DNA of 64,000 nt, taken from NCBI GenBank assembly GCA_040357565.1, contig JBDODJ010000004.1; one strand, written 5' to 3'. The translations under genes were made by a program, and so were the position numbers. Of this stretch, positions 1-16,100 are shown one piece after another. The stretch's first letter is position 1. Each line of letters starts with the position of its first letter. Below the pieces are notes generated by a model, which saw only the letters and a list, made by a program, of their open reading frames with translations, had not been told where the DNA came from and searched no databases. This DNA is from Cercozoa sp. M6MM. Taxonomy: Eukaryota; Protista; Endomyxa: Ascetosporea.

Positions 1-37
<37 letters not shown>

Positions 38-975
38 TGTGTGTGTGACATGTGTGTGTGTACAGGGAGATTAGTGCACACGTTGCTGCCGCCGACCTTG
101 CCGCCCGGCTCGAATGCTGTACACATTTGCAATACTGTGTGTGTACTACACACGTGTGCTTTTTAGGGCCGCGGACTGGCTTGGAACCCCTCGGTTTTTG
201 AGACACCCATGATGTGCTCTGCCCCTTTCGCCGTGTGTGCATGTGTGACTAACAGTATCAAGTGTAGTGCGGTGGCGTTGCCGACTCGCGTTGATCTCTG
301 GCAGCGCGATCGGCACGGCGGCAAGTTCCAGGCGCTCGCACACCCACTCACTGTCAGTGGTACTTTTTTTTTAATTCAATGCCAAGTGATTCAGTCACTT
401 GTGTGCCTCTGTTTTAGGTGACGCCCAGTTGCAGGACGTTGCGTGGGCTCGCAATCTAGGCCGCTCGCAGCACTGTCTGGCCGCTGCTTTGTACTTTGTC
501 TCACAGGTGACAATATACTGTACTGTGCATGCTATGCGGTAGGACTGATGGTCGAGTGGCCGTGTGGACGTTGCGAGGTGTGCTTTTTGGTTTGCTAGCG
601 TACATGTTGATGCAAGTAAATTGAGCAGGTGCTGCTCCGTCACAGCGCACCCTTACGATGCTTGATGCCTTCGATCATGAAGATGGTGAGGATACCATTG
701 AGATTGACGAGAGGTGCGAATTGTGGCGTGTATCATTCGATCCCACGGGAACCGTTCTTGCTGCTAGGTAGTTTATCCAACACACATTTAGCAGTGTTTT
801 CTCTTTCTTTGGTTGGGAACGCAATTTTACGTTTTTGCACTGTAGCGACGCTCGTGGCGACACGCATGCCTGGCGCTGGTCCGTCACGCACGCAGCTTGG
901 CGTCGGACGCCACTCGTCAGCACTGGCGGCGCCTCGACTGGCTCGTCCTCGACCTCATCAGCGTCACAGCATTAA
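1..975 (+). CDS. SEH1: Nucleoporin Seh1 (Sec13/Seh1 WD40 family), 3' part, multi-exon
   Basis: Spliced exons give ...LAWNPSVFETPM...DVAWARNLGRSQHCLAAA...ELWRVSFDPTGTVLAASDARG..., matching Seh1 motifs (WNPS; [36 protein letters not shown]). TAA at 973-975. Confidence 0.75.
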
Positions 976-1391
976 CATGTGGCTTTTACTTTGCCTTCTG
1001 TTAATTATACCCATCGGTCTTTACCTTGGTTTATTCAACACGCAGTTTGCAGTGTTTTCTCTTTCTTTGGTTCGGAACACGATTCTACGTTTTTGCTCTT
1101 TGCCGATGCGGTTAATTGTGGCTTTTACTTTGGTTTGGAACGCAATTTTTCTTTGCCTTTCCGTTTACAGTAGGTAGTCTATTCTCAAATCCCTGATCTG
1201 ATCGACTGGACTGGTGACTTGATCACTGATCACGATCGGATCGCACGAATGACCCGATTTCAATCAACTGACAACTGAAACGAAATGAAACGCGTGGCTC
1301 GCGTTTTCAACCACTCTAATGCCCATTTGTTTCGCATCTACACTATCTTCTTCCGTATTGCTTGTGGAGTTGTCGATAGGATCGGACTGAG

Positions 1392-2278
1392 ATGAATCGC
1401 GGTCCCAGCGTTTTTCCCGATTCCGCGTTTTCCAGGAGGGATTGGAGCGAATACCGAAAATCTGTGCTTTTGTCTTTTTGGAAGGTGAGACACGTGTTAG
1501 CACCTGGTAAGATAGTCTCTCGGGTTTTTGCTTGTGCGTCAGCGAGCATAAGGTCTTGTCGGTGTTCCAGGAGGATTTGTTTCGTATTTCCATCAGTTCT
1601 GTTCTCGGTGAGTTGAGTGAGAACTGTCAAGAGATTACTCCGTGCGAAACGAGCTGGAAGAACTAGAAAGCAAAGATGTGGGCTTGGATTTGGGGCGATG
1701 GGTCAGTCGAGAAGTCCAAAAATGTAGGATTCTGGTCTTTTCTGTTGAGGCTACCCGACAATATCGATCTTGCAGAGCGAGGAAACCTGGGAAGAAGTCA
1801 GTGAAACAATGTCCCTGGAACAACAGGTTCAGGCGCTGCAGCGTCAGGTAGCGTTTACGCAGCACTGGGCTTAATGACAACGAAAACTGAGTGCTGTATT
1901 CAGGTGCGTCAGTTAAACTTGCGACTGTCACAACTTGAGCGTCCTGAAATGCCAAGCACCGTCCAACACGGCATCATCGCTTTGGAACCAACGCATCCGC
2001 TTTTGCGTAGCGTTGAGCATGAGCAACAATTCCTCGATGAACTGAAGGACGCACTGCAGGGTGCAATCAAGCTTCGACCAATCACAATCAAGCTTGGAAA
2101 GGGCTACCGCAAGAGCGAGAGCAAGGTCGAGACGGAATGCGACAGCGATACCAGCGACAGTGACAGCGACTCCTCGTCTACTAGTCTCAGCTTGCTGCGA
2201 AACCGCCTGCAGCTGCACCGCAATCGAATTGCCGGCTTTCTCGACGAGGACGAGGACAACGACGAAAATTTGGAGTAA
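1392..2278 (+). CDS. Hypothetical protein: coiled coil plus WH2/C/acidic-like C-terminus; 5' structure uncertain
   Basis: Exon ending CAG|gtagcg (~1847) splices in frame to the 1903-2278 exon (SLEQQVQALQRQ|VRQLNLRLSQLE...FLDELKDALQGAIKLRPI...DEDEDNDENLE*). Confidence 0.45.
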
Positions 2279-2426
2279 TTGAATGCCGGAAGCACTGCAG
2301 ACTCCCTGCGCCATGTGGCTAGTTTGGATTCCTTCAATAGTGAAATCGAACGGAACATTGAATAGTGTATGTCTTTTTTCCAGTTGGCGCCAGTGCGTAG
2401 CGGTAGTAGGGAGGCTAATTAACTTT

Positions 2427-2828
2427 TTAAAAACGCCTCCGGCCGGTGGGTGTCAGCACTAAAACGAAGAACAAGGCCGAACGGATATGCTCCCGTAAAC
2501 GTGTTGCTGTCACGCTTCGTTGCTGTACAGCACCAGGAAAGTTTGTACTCGCCACGATAGCTGCTCTTCTTGAGCACAAGCTTTTGCTCGCAGTGCTTGC
2601 AGCTCGGCACATCTTCTCGCGAATGCTCTTGGCCAGGTGCTCCTGCAACACAGTATCAATATGCTGACTGCTTGTTGTTCTATGCGTTGTTTTGTTTTGT
2701 ATCGTGTTTTTATGTACCCGTAGTGCCTCAAGCAGTGTCTCCTCTCTGATTTTCGCAAGATTGTCTGTTGCTTGTGCTGAACGCAATGTCTTGAGCGCTT
2801 CAGCGGGCGTTTTGTTCTTCACCGTCAT
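2427..2828 (-). CDS. Small hypothetical protein with a probable single intron (~2643-2717)
   Basis: ATG at 2828, GTAC donor and TTGCAG acceptor in frame. No recognisable domain. Confidence 0.3.
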   Translation of the reverse strand: MTVKNKTPAEALKTLRSAQATDNLAKIREETLLEALRVHKNTIQNKTTHRTTSSQHIDTVLQEHLAKSIREKMCRAASTASKSLCSRRAAIVASTNFPGAVQQRSVTATRLREHIRSALFFVLVLTPTGRRRF

Positions 2829-3095
2829 GTTTTTTCGTCGATCTTCACTCGACGCGCCCGATCGCTAATAATACTACACACGGCTAGTAAATTTATAAAG
2901 CACACATTAGGGGTCTGTGAAACGTGCTATCTTTGTATACTGATCAACATGAAAGCTACTTGTTGGCTCAGCTTTTGATCGGCTCACTAGTTTAACCCGA
3001 TACCGACAGGCAGTACGGTAGGATTCCCGCCAGGAACCCCATCCACTTCCCAACCTCAGGGCCGCATGTACCATGCTGATAGTCGAGCTGTATGT

Positions 3096-5878
<2,783 letters not shown>

Positions 5879-6105
5879 ATTCCGTTTTGTCGTTGCCGCT
5901 GCCTGCGTCGCACGCTTTGTGGTCGGCGTGCTTTGCCGAAAAGCTCTGTGTTGTGGGCATTTGGGTTGCTCAATTTTGGGGTGTGCTGTACCCAATCATA
6001 ACTGAAAACTGTTGGTCGCAGTCCATTTGCGAGCGTGAGTCGGCTTTCGCATCCGAGCACCGTCAAAGGTGAGTACGCACTTCATTCGTCGGTAGCAACA
6101 GCACG

Positions 6106-6388
6106 ATGTCTCATCGCGTGCCGCGACGCGACTACTTTATCGCGAGCAAGTATCGCCTCGGGCAGAAGATCGGCAGCGGCTCGTTCGGTGACATTTACGC
6201 CGGCATTAGCATTCTCAGCAATGAGGAAGTTGCCATCAAGCTCGAGACGCACAAGACGCGCCACCCGCAGCTGGCCTACGAGTACAAATTGTACCGTCTT
6301 CTCTCTGGCGGTCCTGGCATCCCGCAGGTACGTTTTATCTTTGTGTGTGTATGTGTGTGTGTGCTTGTGTGTGTGCTTGTGTGTGTGC

Positions 6389-6427
<39 letters not shown>

Positions 6428-7778
6428 TGTGTGTGTGTGTGTGTGTGGGCGTGTGTGTGTGCGTATGTGTGTGTGTGCTTGTGTGTGGAGCGTGTGTGTG
6501 CTTGTGTGTGTGCTTGTGTGTGTATGTATGTGTATGTGTGTGTGCTCAGGTCTACTGGTTCGGCAAGGAGGGTGACTTCAACGCCATGGTGATGGAGATG
6601 CTGGGCCCGTCGCTCGAGGACCTGTTCAACTTCTGTTCGCGCAAGTTCACGCTCAAGACGGTGCTAATGCTGGCAGACCAGATGCTGGCGCGCATCGAGT
6701 ACGTGCACGCCAAGAGCTTCATTCACCGCGACATCAAGCCGGACAACTTCCTGGTTGGCCTCGGCAAGCGCAAACTCAACCAAGTGTTCGTGATCGACTT
6801 TGGCCTGGCCAAGAAGTACCGCGACCCGCGCACGCACCAGCACATCCCGTACGTGGAGCACAAGTCGCTCACGGGCACTGCGCGCTACGCGAGCATCAAC
6901 ACGCACCTCGGCATCGAGCAGTCGCGTCGCGATGATCTCGAGTCGCTCGGCTTTGTGCTGATGTACTTCAACCGCGGAGCGCTGCCGTGGCAGGGTTTGC
7001 GTGCCGGCACCAAGAAGGAGAAGTACGACAAGATATCCGAGAAGAAGATGTCGACGCCGGTCGAGGTGCCCATGCTCGTTTTGCTTTGTACTGTATATGA
7101 CTGGTGGTGTATAGTATGTATAATATGTGTATGTGTATGTACAATGTGTATATATCTGTGTGCAGGTGCTGTGCCGCCACTTCCCTCTCGAGTTCAGCAC
7201 GTACCTGAGTTACTGCCGATCGCTGCGCTTTGACGACAAACCGGACTACGCCTACCTGCGACGTCTGTTCCGCGACCTGTTTTTCCGGTCAGGCTTTGCT
7301 GCCGACTACCGCTTCGACTGGACTGTGCTCAACTACTACCACCGCATGAAGCGCGAAGTCACGGTACTTACTGTGTTCCATCTTGGTTCCAGATGACCTA
7401 TAGATGCACAATGTTCTTCTAAATAGAAGCGCCGCGCTGAGCTTCTGGGCCGTATGCGTCGCGAGGCTGCTGAGCTCGAGGAGAGGACTCGGCGCGAGAA
7501 CGCCGAGAACGCCGAGAACGAGCAAGAAGAGCAGCCTGCAGGTACAACCGAAGCAAATTTTCAGGACAGCAAAGCGTGACACCATGCATCTCCGCTGTAG
7601 CTGCTGAGGAGACCGAGGACCCGCTCGACCGTATGCAGCGCCAGATCGACAGACTGCGTGTGAGCGACGACCAGCAAGAGGCCGTGCAGAGCCGCAGCAG
7701 CTGGCGCCGCCGTAATTCTTTCTTCTCCGTTTAATTTCGGGTTTGACTGATGCGAAGTTTATTTTTTGTGCAGGCTAG
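6106..7778 (+). CDS. CSNK1: Casein kinase 1 (delta/epsilon/Hrr25-like), 6 exons
   Basis: [56 protein letters not shown]. Introns at 6328-6549, 7066-7165, 7363-7426, 7541-7600 and 7712-7773. Confidence 0.97.
6341..6543. repeat. (GT)n-rich microsatellite in CK1 intron 1
   Basis: Direct inspection. Confidence 0.95.
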
Positions 7779-8171
7779 GCGTGCTTGATCTGAGCAATGA
7801 CGCAAACTAATCACAGCACTGACACAAAGGACACGAACACAAACGCAAAAAGAGCAGAGTGCGATCACAATGCAATCCTTTTTTCTCACAAACACAAACA
7901 ACTTTCATGACTCGGATCCAGCACTTCCACTGTTCACGTGAACGAGAGACTTGGCCCACCACATCCGCTTGCAGCGCCGTGTGACCGTGTGAAGAGTCTT
8001 CTTTGGTTCAAACCCAGACTCGGATAAAATACCTTATTTCGACTTCAAATTAACTGAACGCCCATCATTGACTATCCGATTTGATGTACAAACTGACGTG
8101 CCGGTGATGGAGCGAAAACTCGGTTTCAAGCTTAAGTTCACGCGACGTCAACGTCAACTCGACTAATTACG

Positions 8172-10254
<2,083 letters not shown>

Positions 10255-10494
10255 TTCGGTTGATAATACAATTTCCTCTGCGACTCGCTGAACAAGGCGC
10301 TAAGTTTACTAACAGGAGTGTTGCTGGCACTGTTGCTGTATAGCTTAGAGTGAGAGGGAAGTTCGTGTGGCCACTTGAAACTGAGTCAGCCAAGAATAAT
10401 ATGATATCGTTATATTTTAAAATATCGGGACTATACATCTACTCGTTTAAGCGCCATCACGTCATTCCCATAATAAGTTTATGTGCCAATCAAA

Positions 10495-12675
10495 ATGAGT
10501 CAACTTCTGTCCGTCATCGAGTGCAATTTCGGAACCTGTGATCGAGAATGGTCCATTCCTGATCAAGTGACTATCGCGCACGTGCCGTCGCGGTGTATTA
10601 TAAATTGCACCTAATTGGGTGCAGGTGTGTGCTAGTAGGGCAGAGTGCGCACGTGGTACTTTGGCGTTCTGTAGTTTGCACGGTAGGTCAAACCCTTTGC
10701 CAAACCATGTGGCCGGATGATCGGTTTTCTGCGACATCCACTTCACTGCGTGTGATTTTGTGCGTCCATTTTCACCCGTAGCCTGTGTGTAGATGCCGCT
10801 GTTTGACTCGCAGCGCGTAAGGCTCTCTTCATCACACTGTCGACGGGCGCGTATGTGTGGCTGGGTGTGTCTGAGCAGTACCGTGTGACGCCGCTGCAGC
10901 TGGCGCACAGTCTGCACGGCAGTCTGCAAGCGCATGGGATTTCGCCGCTTCCTTCTGTACCTTGGCTGTAGCACTTTGGTGACTGTTGCGTTTTTTTGGT
11001 ACGAGCGTTGGAACAGCCCGAAAAACACGGAGGCTGGTCGATTTTTAATGAGGTAAATGACTGCAGTTCCTTGGAGCATGCTGGTACCCTGTCTTTCACC
11101 TCCCGTAGTAGAGTTGTGTTTTTATGAGTTGGCCTCAGGTGCGGAAGACTACCTGCCGGTGGCGTCTTCCTTGTCGTCCTCGATGCCGTCATCGGCGGCC
11201 ACGAGTGGCGACGAAGCTGACCACGTCATGCTGCCGTCGGTATCCTTTGCTGTTTGTCACGCTGCTTTCTTGACAACATGGCATTTCGTTGGTGCAGGTC
11301 CCTGTTCCAGACACGAGGACAAACGAGACTGTCAGTCAGAGCAGCTTAAGCACCGGTATCGACCAAAACGATGACAATAGTACCGACGCCGTGCTTCACT
11401 TTGACGACTCCAACGGATCAGCCGTACCTTCTCACTGTCTGCCTTTGCGCGCGTATGTTCATGAAGAATGATTGCGCACAGACAGATGGTGCAGATGAAA
11501 GTATGCCTACACTGTCGATTGACGACTCTATGTAATCCCATCATACTTTTACCCCACAATACATCACATATGCATTCTCTTCTGTCTTACGGACAAGTAT
11601 GCACTTTAGCAGTGACGTCATTTCTGTCAAGCTGTCGGGCAACGCGCCTGTCCTGATGATCGGTGACTCCATCGGCAGAAACAGCAGCGCTATTAATCGT
11701 AACAAAGACACACGCGCCAGCGTTGCAAGTGATCATAGCCACCAAACGGGCAACCACTTTGGCCGCCTCGCTGGCAACGACAGTCTCGCATCGCTGCGTC
11801 AGCGACAGTCGTCGATCGTGGTCTCACGCAAGTCAAAAACTGTGCACAAGGTGTGTTGTACCTCTGTCTCTCCGTGTGCGTATACATATTACATGCATAT
11901 GAGTTTGTGAATCTTGGGAATATAGCCTTCAAAGAAGAGATCGCGACGCTCGTCCCACGCAGCGTCGCAGCATGCCGACGAGGACGACGTGCCGACTCCC
12001 ACTGGTATCTTGGCTATGTTCTTTTCTGCACCGACACAGTGCATGAGTGCTGCCAACAGTGCAAACCATCGCAACGACGCGTAGCCGCCGACAACGCCGG
12101 CGCACCTTCCGTGCTGCGGAGTTCGTGCGTCTGCATGTAATTTTGTTGCTGTTGCATCCTCTCCTTTCAATAGGCCTATCTTAACGTGTCGACTCCTGCG
12201 CAGGACAATGAAGAACTTATTGAAGCCGACTCTGCCGAGCTCAAGTACAGGGTACACGGCGCGTATACACGCCACACACGTGCGCACAGCGAGCTTGATT
12301 AAATGTACCCTTGTTGAGCAGTACGCGCCTCGACGAAAACGCTCGAAAGCTGACTTGTCACCCTCGACAACGAGTCTACAGCCACCGCTTGTGTACACCT
12401 CGACTTCTGTGTCGCTGTCTGTGTGTATAATTGTGCTATTTTATGCTACAGCAACCGTGCTGTGTCGGCTCCGAATGTGACCGTGACTGTTCCTCCGCAG
12501 GGCGCTTTCGCCGTACCCATTATTGAGCTCCTCACACTAAACTATTCAAGTGTGTTTGGAACCGTTTTTGGAACCGTTTTGGCAGAAAAGCACGTCGAGA
12601 CAGCCGCTGTCGATGTCGCCGTTGATTGCCTCGATGCCCGTCATGACACCGACCACTGGCGGCGCCGACGATTGA
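10495..12675 (+). CDS. Hypothetical Ser/Asp-rich, probably disordered protein, multi-exon; start uncertain
   Basis: In-phase GT-AG exon chain from ~11140 to TGA at 12673-12675. No domain recognised. Confidence 0.5.
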
Positions 12676-13136
12676 CTCGACTCAGACGCGCCAGCTGACT
12701 GTTCCACCACTGTGATTACCGGACGTGACCGAACGACCGCGATGTGCGGTGCACATAACTGTAAAGCGCGAAGTCCGAGCCGGACTGACGCGGGTTGCCT
12801 GTGCCTGCTGACTTCATCTGTAGCGTCGTTATTTTAGCCTCTGCCCTTCTGTCCCTATGCCACCGTACACAACCGCCGGACCTCGCCGTACGGTACACGC
12901 GCACGTACGTCTTCAGGCTTACATTCCCCTAGTAGTTAGTTGAGTCTTACAGGAAACCAACCAAGTAGCGTAGTTTCCCTGCACCAGTCCCGAGTGGGTC
13001 ACAAGCGAAGAGCATGATTTTCCCCTAGTACCGTACTCGGCTATGTACCGTATCGTACTATGTATATATACATACTATGTAGACCGAACGTATCTGGGAA
13101 GTAAGCCCGAGCCGTAATCGAAGGTAAACAAACGAG

Positions 13137-16100
13137 TCAAGGCGACAGCGGCGTGCGCGGCTCGCCGAGCGAGTAGAGGTGACTGGCGAGCGGTCCGAGA
13201 CTCGGGAGTTTCTCCTCATCAGAGTTTAGTTCGTCGTCGTTGTCGTCGTAGCCATAGCTGTAGCTGTAGCCATCGTCACCATCGTTGCTCTTGCTGTCGT
13301 CGATGTCTTCGTCGGAGGGCGTGATGACCACACGGATGTCGTTGACTCGCAGTGCGTTGCCTGTGCTCCTCTGGCCCTTGCCGGTTTGATCCTTGTCGGC
13401 CTGACCCTTGACTGTGCGACCCTTGTCTGTGTGAGCCTTGTCTGTGTGAGCCCTATCAGTGGGGTAGCCACCACCGTGGAGGCTGCTGCCACTGGGAGTG
13501 TCATCGCCGACCTCTCGCAGCAGCTGACGCAGTCGCCGCTCGCGCTGCGTAGCGTCGCGTGCCATCGCGTCCATCTCGCTCAGCTCAATGGCTTCGTTCT
13601 CTTCCTTCTCACGGGGAGGGGAGCGGGTAAGCAAGGGCAGGGAGCTAAGGGTCAAGGCAAAGCGGCACACCTTGACAGCCGGCGACGGCGACGAGTCTGA
13701 GTCCGAGAGTGCCGGGACGCCGTTGCCGCCGCCCAGCACCGACACCGAGTACGATCGCTCGCGCAGTTCCGGCACCGACAGGTGCGTGCCCGTGTTGCCT
13801 ACGTGACAGGGGAAAAGGAGGGTAGGGGGTAAGAAGGATAGGGGGTAAGAAGGGTAGGGGTCAGAAGGGTAGGGGTAAGGAGGGTGAGTTAAGGAGGGTA
13901 GGCGGTAAGGAGAGTAGGGGATAAGGAGGGTAGGGGGTAAGAAGGGTAGTACCACTGTGATTGGGCGGCTGCGTCTGCGTGCGCGAGGACTGCGACAGCT
14001 CGGTCTCAAAGTCGTTGCCTCGGAAGGACGAAAACTCGTCGGACGACACGCGTCCGTGTGTTCCTGGGGGGGGGGGGTAAGGGAGGGTTAAGAGGGGTAG
14101 GAGCATAATGAGGAAGGGGTTAGTGAGGGGTAAGACGTACCGATATGCGGCGTCTGACTGCCGGTGTGACTCACCGTGGTGAGACTGCCGCGTCGCTGTC
14201 GCTTAGTGCGCACAGGCCGCGGCCGCGCCGTCCGCACGGGCCGGTGTTTCATGGCGCGTCGCCACAGAGCGCCGTAGTCAAAGAGCAGTACGTCCTGCTC
14301 TTGTTGTTTCTGCTCTTGTTTCTGTTGTTGTTTCAGCTCTTGTTGTTGTTTCTGTTGTTGTGGTTGTTGCTGTTCCTCGTCGGCAAAGCAAGGCAGCTGA
14401 CGCAGCTGCTGCTGCACCTCGGCGGCACTCACGTCGTCCAGCGCCTCACGTAGCGCGCCTAGTGTCGCTTGCACCTGCCGCGTGAACCTCTCGATATCGT
14501 CCATCTCACTACACCGCGCGCCGCCCCCGCCCCAGCCCGGGGTGAACCCGGGGGGTAAACACGTGGTACGCATCTGCAGCGCGCACAGGAGCCTCCAGGT
14601 CGAGTCGCAGCTTGTTGCACGCGTCGTCAACCGTCTCGTCGAGCTGCACCGCCCTGTGCCCATGGGAGGTAAATGGGGTATGGGGGATGGGGTATAGGGG
14701 TCAACACGATGTACCGTGCGGCACACAGCGGCGTCAGCGCGGACAGGTCGCATCCGCGCGGACGCAGTAGTCGCAGCAGGTCGGCGGCCACGACGCGTGC
14801 CGTTACGTCCTCGCCGAGCAGTCCGATGGTGTGCGACGGCTCGTCGTCCTTGCGCTCGTCGTCCTTGTCGCTGTACTTGTCGCTGTGGTTATCGCTGTAG
14901 TGATCGCGATTATGGTCACTGTGATCAGCGTCCGAGTGGCCATTGTGATCAGAGTGTTCGGAGTGACCACTGTCAGCATTGTCCAGTGTGCACAGCAGCT
15001 GCCACGCCGCGTCGCACGTGGCCACCACGTCCAGTGCGTGACACAGCACGCTGGCCGTCACGCCCTGCGCCTGCTGCTGCTCCTGCTGCTGCTGTTGTCC
15101 GTCCAGGTCCTGTCCGTCCTGGTCCTGTCCATCCGACCGGCCTGTCTTGTCGCTCTCAGTCCGCGCGGACGGCACCACAGCACTGCCGTGCACATGCGGC
15201 ACGTCGACGTTGCGCAGCACGTAGCTCCCGTCCGACTGGCGCCTCGTGTCTCTGTCGGGGAGGGGGTAAAAGAAGAGAGGCTTAAAGGGGAGGGGAGGTA
15301 AAGGTTATAGTCGAATAAAGCTACTCGGACAGCGCCAGCTCCTGCAGAGCGGCGTCGACGGTGGCACGTGCCACTCGACGCAGCGACACCAAGAAACGCA
15401 CCACCGGCTCCACTGCCTCTGCATCAGTGGACACGTGGTCAGTCAGACACGTGGTCAGTCAGACACGTGGTAAGGTCACGTGCGAAAGGTACCACGCATG
15501 GCGTCGGTGCGCGAGTAGGACAGCACGTGCCTCGGCGGCGACGGCACTCGCGACAGCAGCAGCGACAAGAGACGCCACATCTGCCGCCACTCGCCTGAGC
15601 ATACAGACCTTCCCCTCTTACCCCACCCCCATCTTTACCCCTTTACCCCCATTACCCAGCGTGCAGACGCGTTCGACAGTAGCGGTCGGAAAGGCGTGTC
15701 GTCGTCGAATCGAGGCGGCCAGACCGGCGACACGCGTGCTCGTTCGGGTCCGTCTCTCCTGTGTATTCGGGGTATGGGGTACGGGATGGGGAGGGGGTAA
15801 CGCGCACCACAGGTGAGCACAAGGCGGCAGCGACGTCGTTGGCGTGCTGCAGCGGGCGCGCCAGTCGACGCCACAGCAGCGCCAGTAGCCAGTCACTACG
15901 GGGGGGGGGTGGGAGGGGGGTGTCTGTATGCTCAGGCGNNNNNNNNNNNNNNNNNNNNNNNNNNNNNNNNNNNNNNNNNNNNNNNNNNNNNNNNNNNNNN
16001 NNNNNNNNNNNNNNNNNNNNNNNNNNNNNNNNNNNNNNGGGGGGTAAAGAGAGGGGAGGGTAAACCGCTGCGCCGCAGTGACAGCAAGTGCCGTGCGCAG

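Noticed and set aside
2419-2610. Zinc-ribbon-like ORF (CKHC...WCC)
   Set aside because: It could not be joined in phase to an upstream ATG exon, and it overlaps an alternative frame.
7940-8020. GGTTCAAACCC B-box / tRNA-like sequence
   Set aside because: No A-box or cloverleaf could be built.
13800-13950. GGGGTAA/GGGTAG arrays as telomeric repeats
   Set aside because: They are irregular, intronic and not TTAGGG-like tandem arrays.
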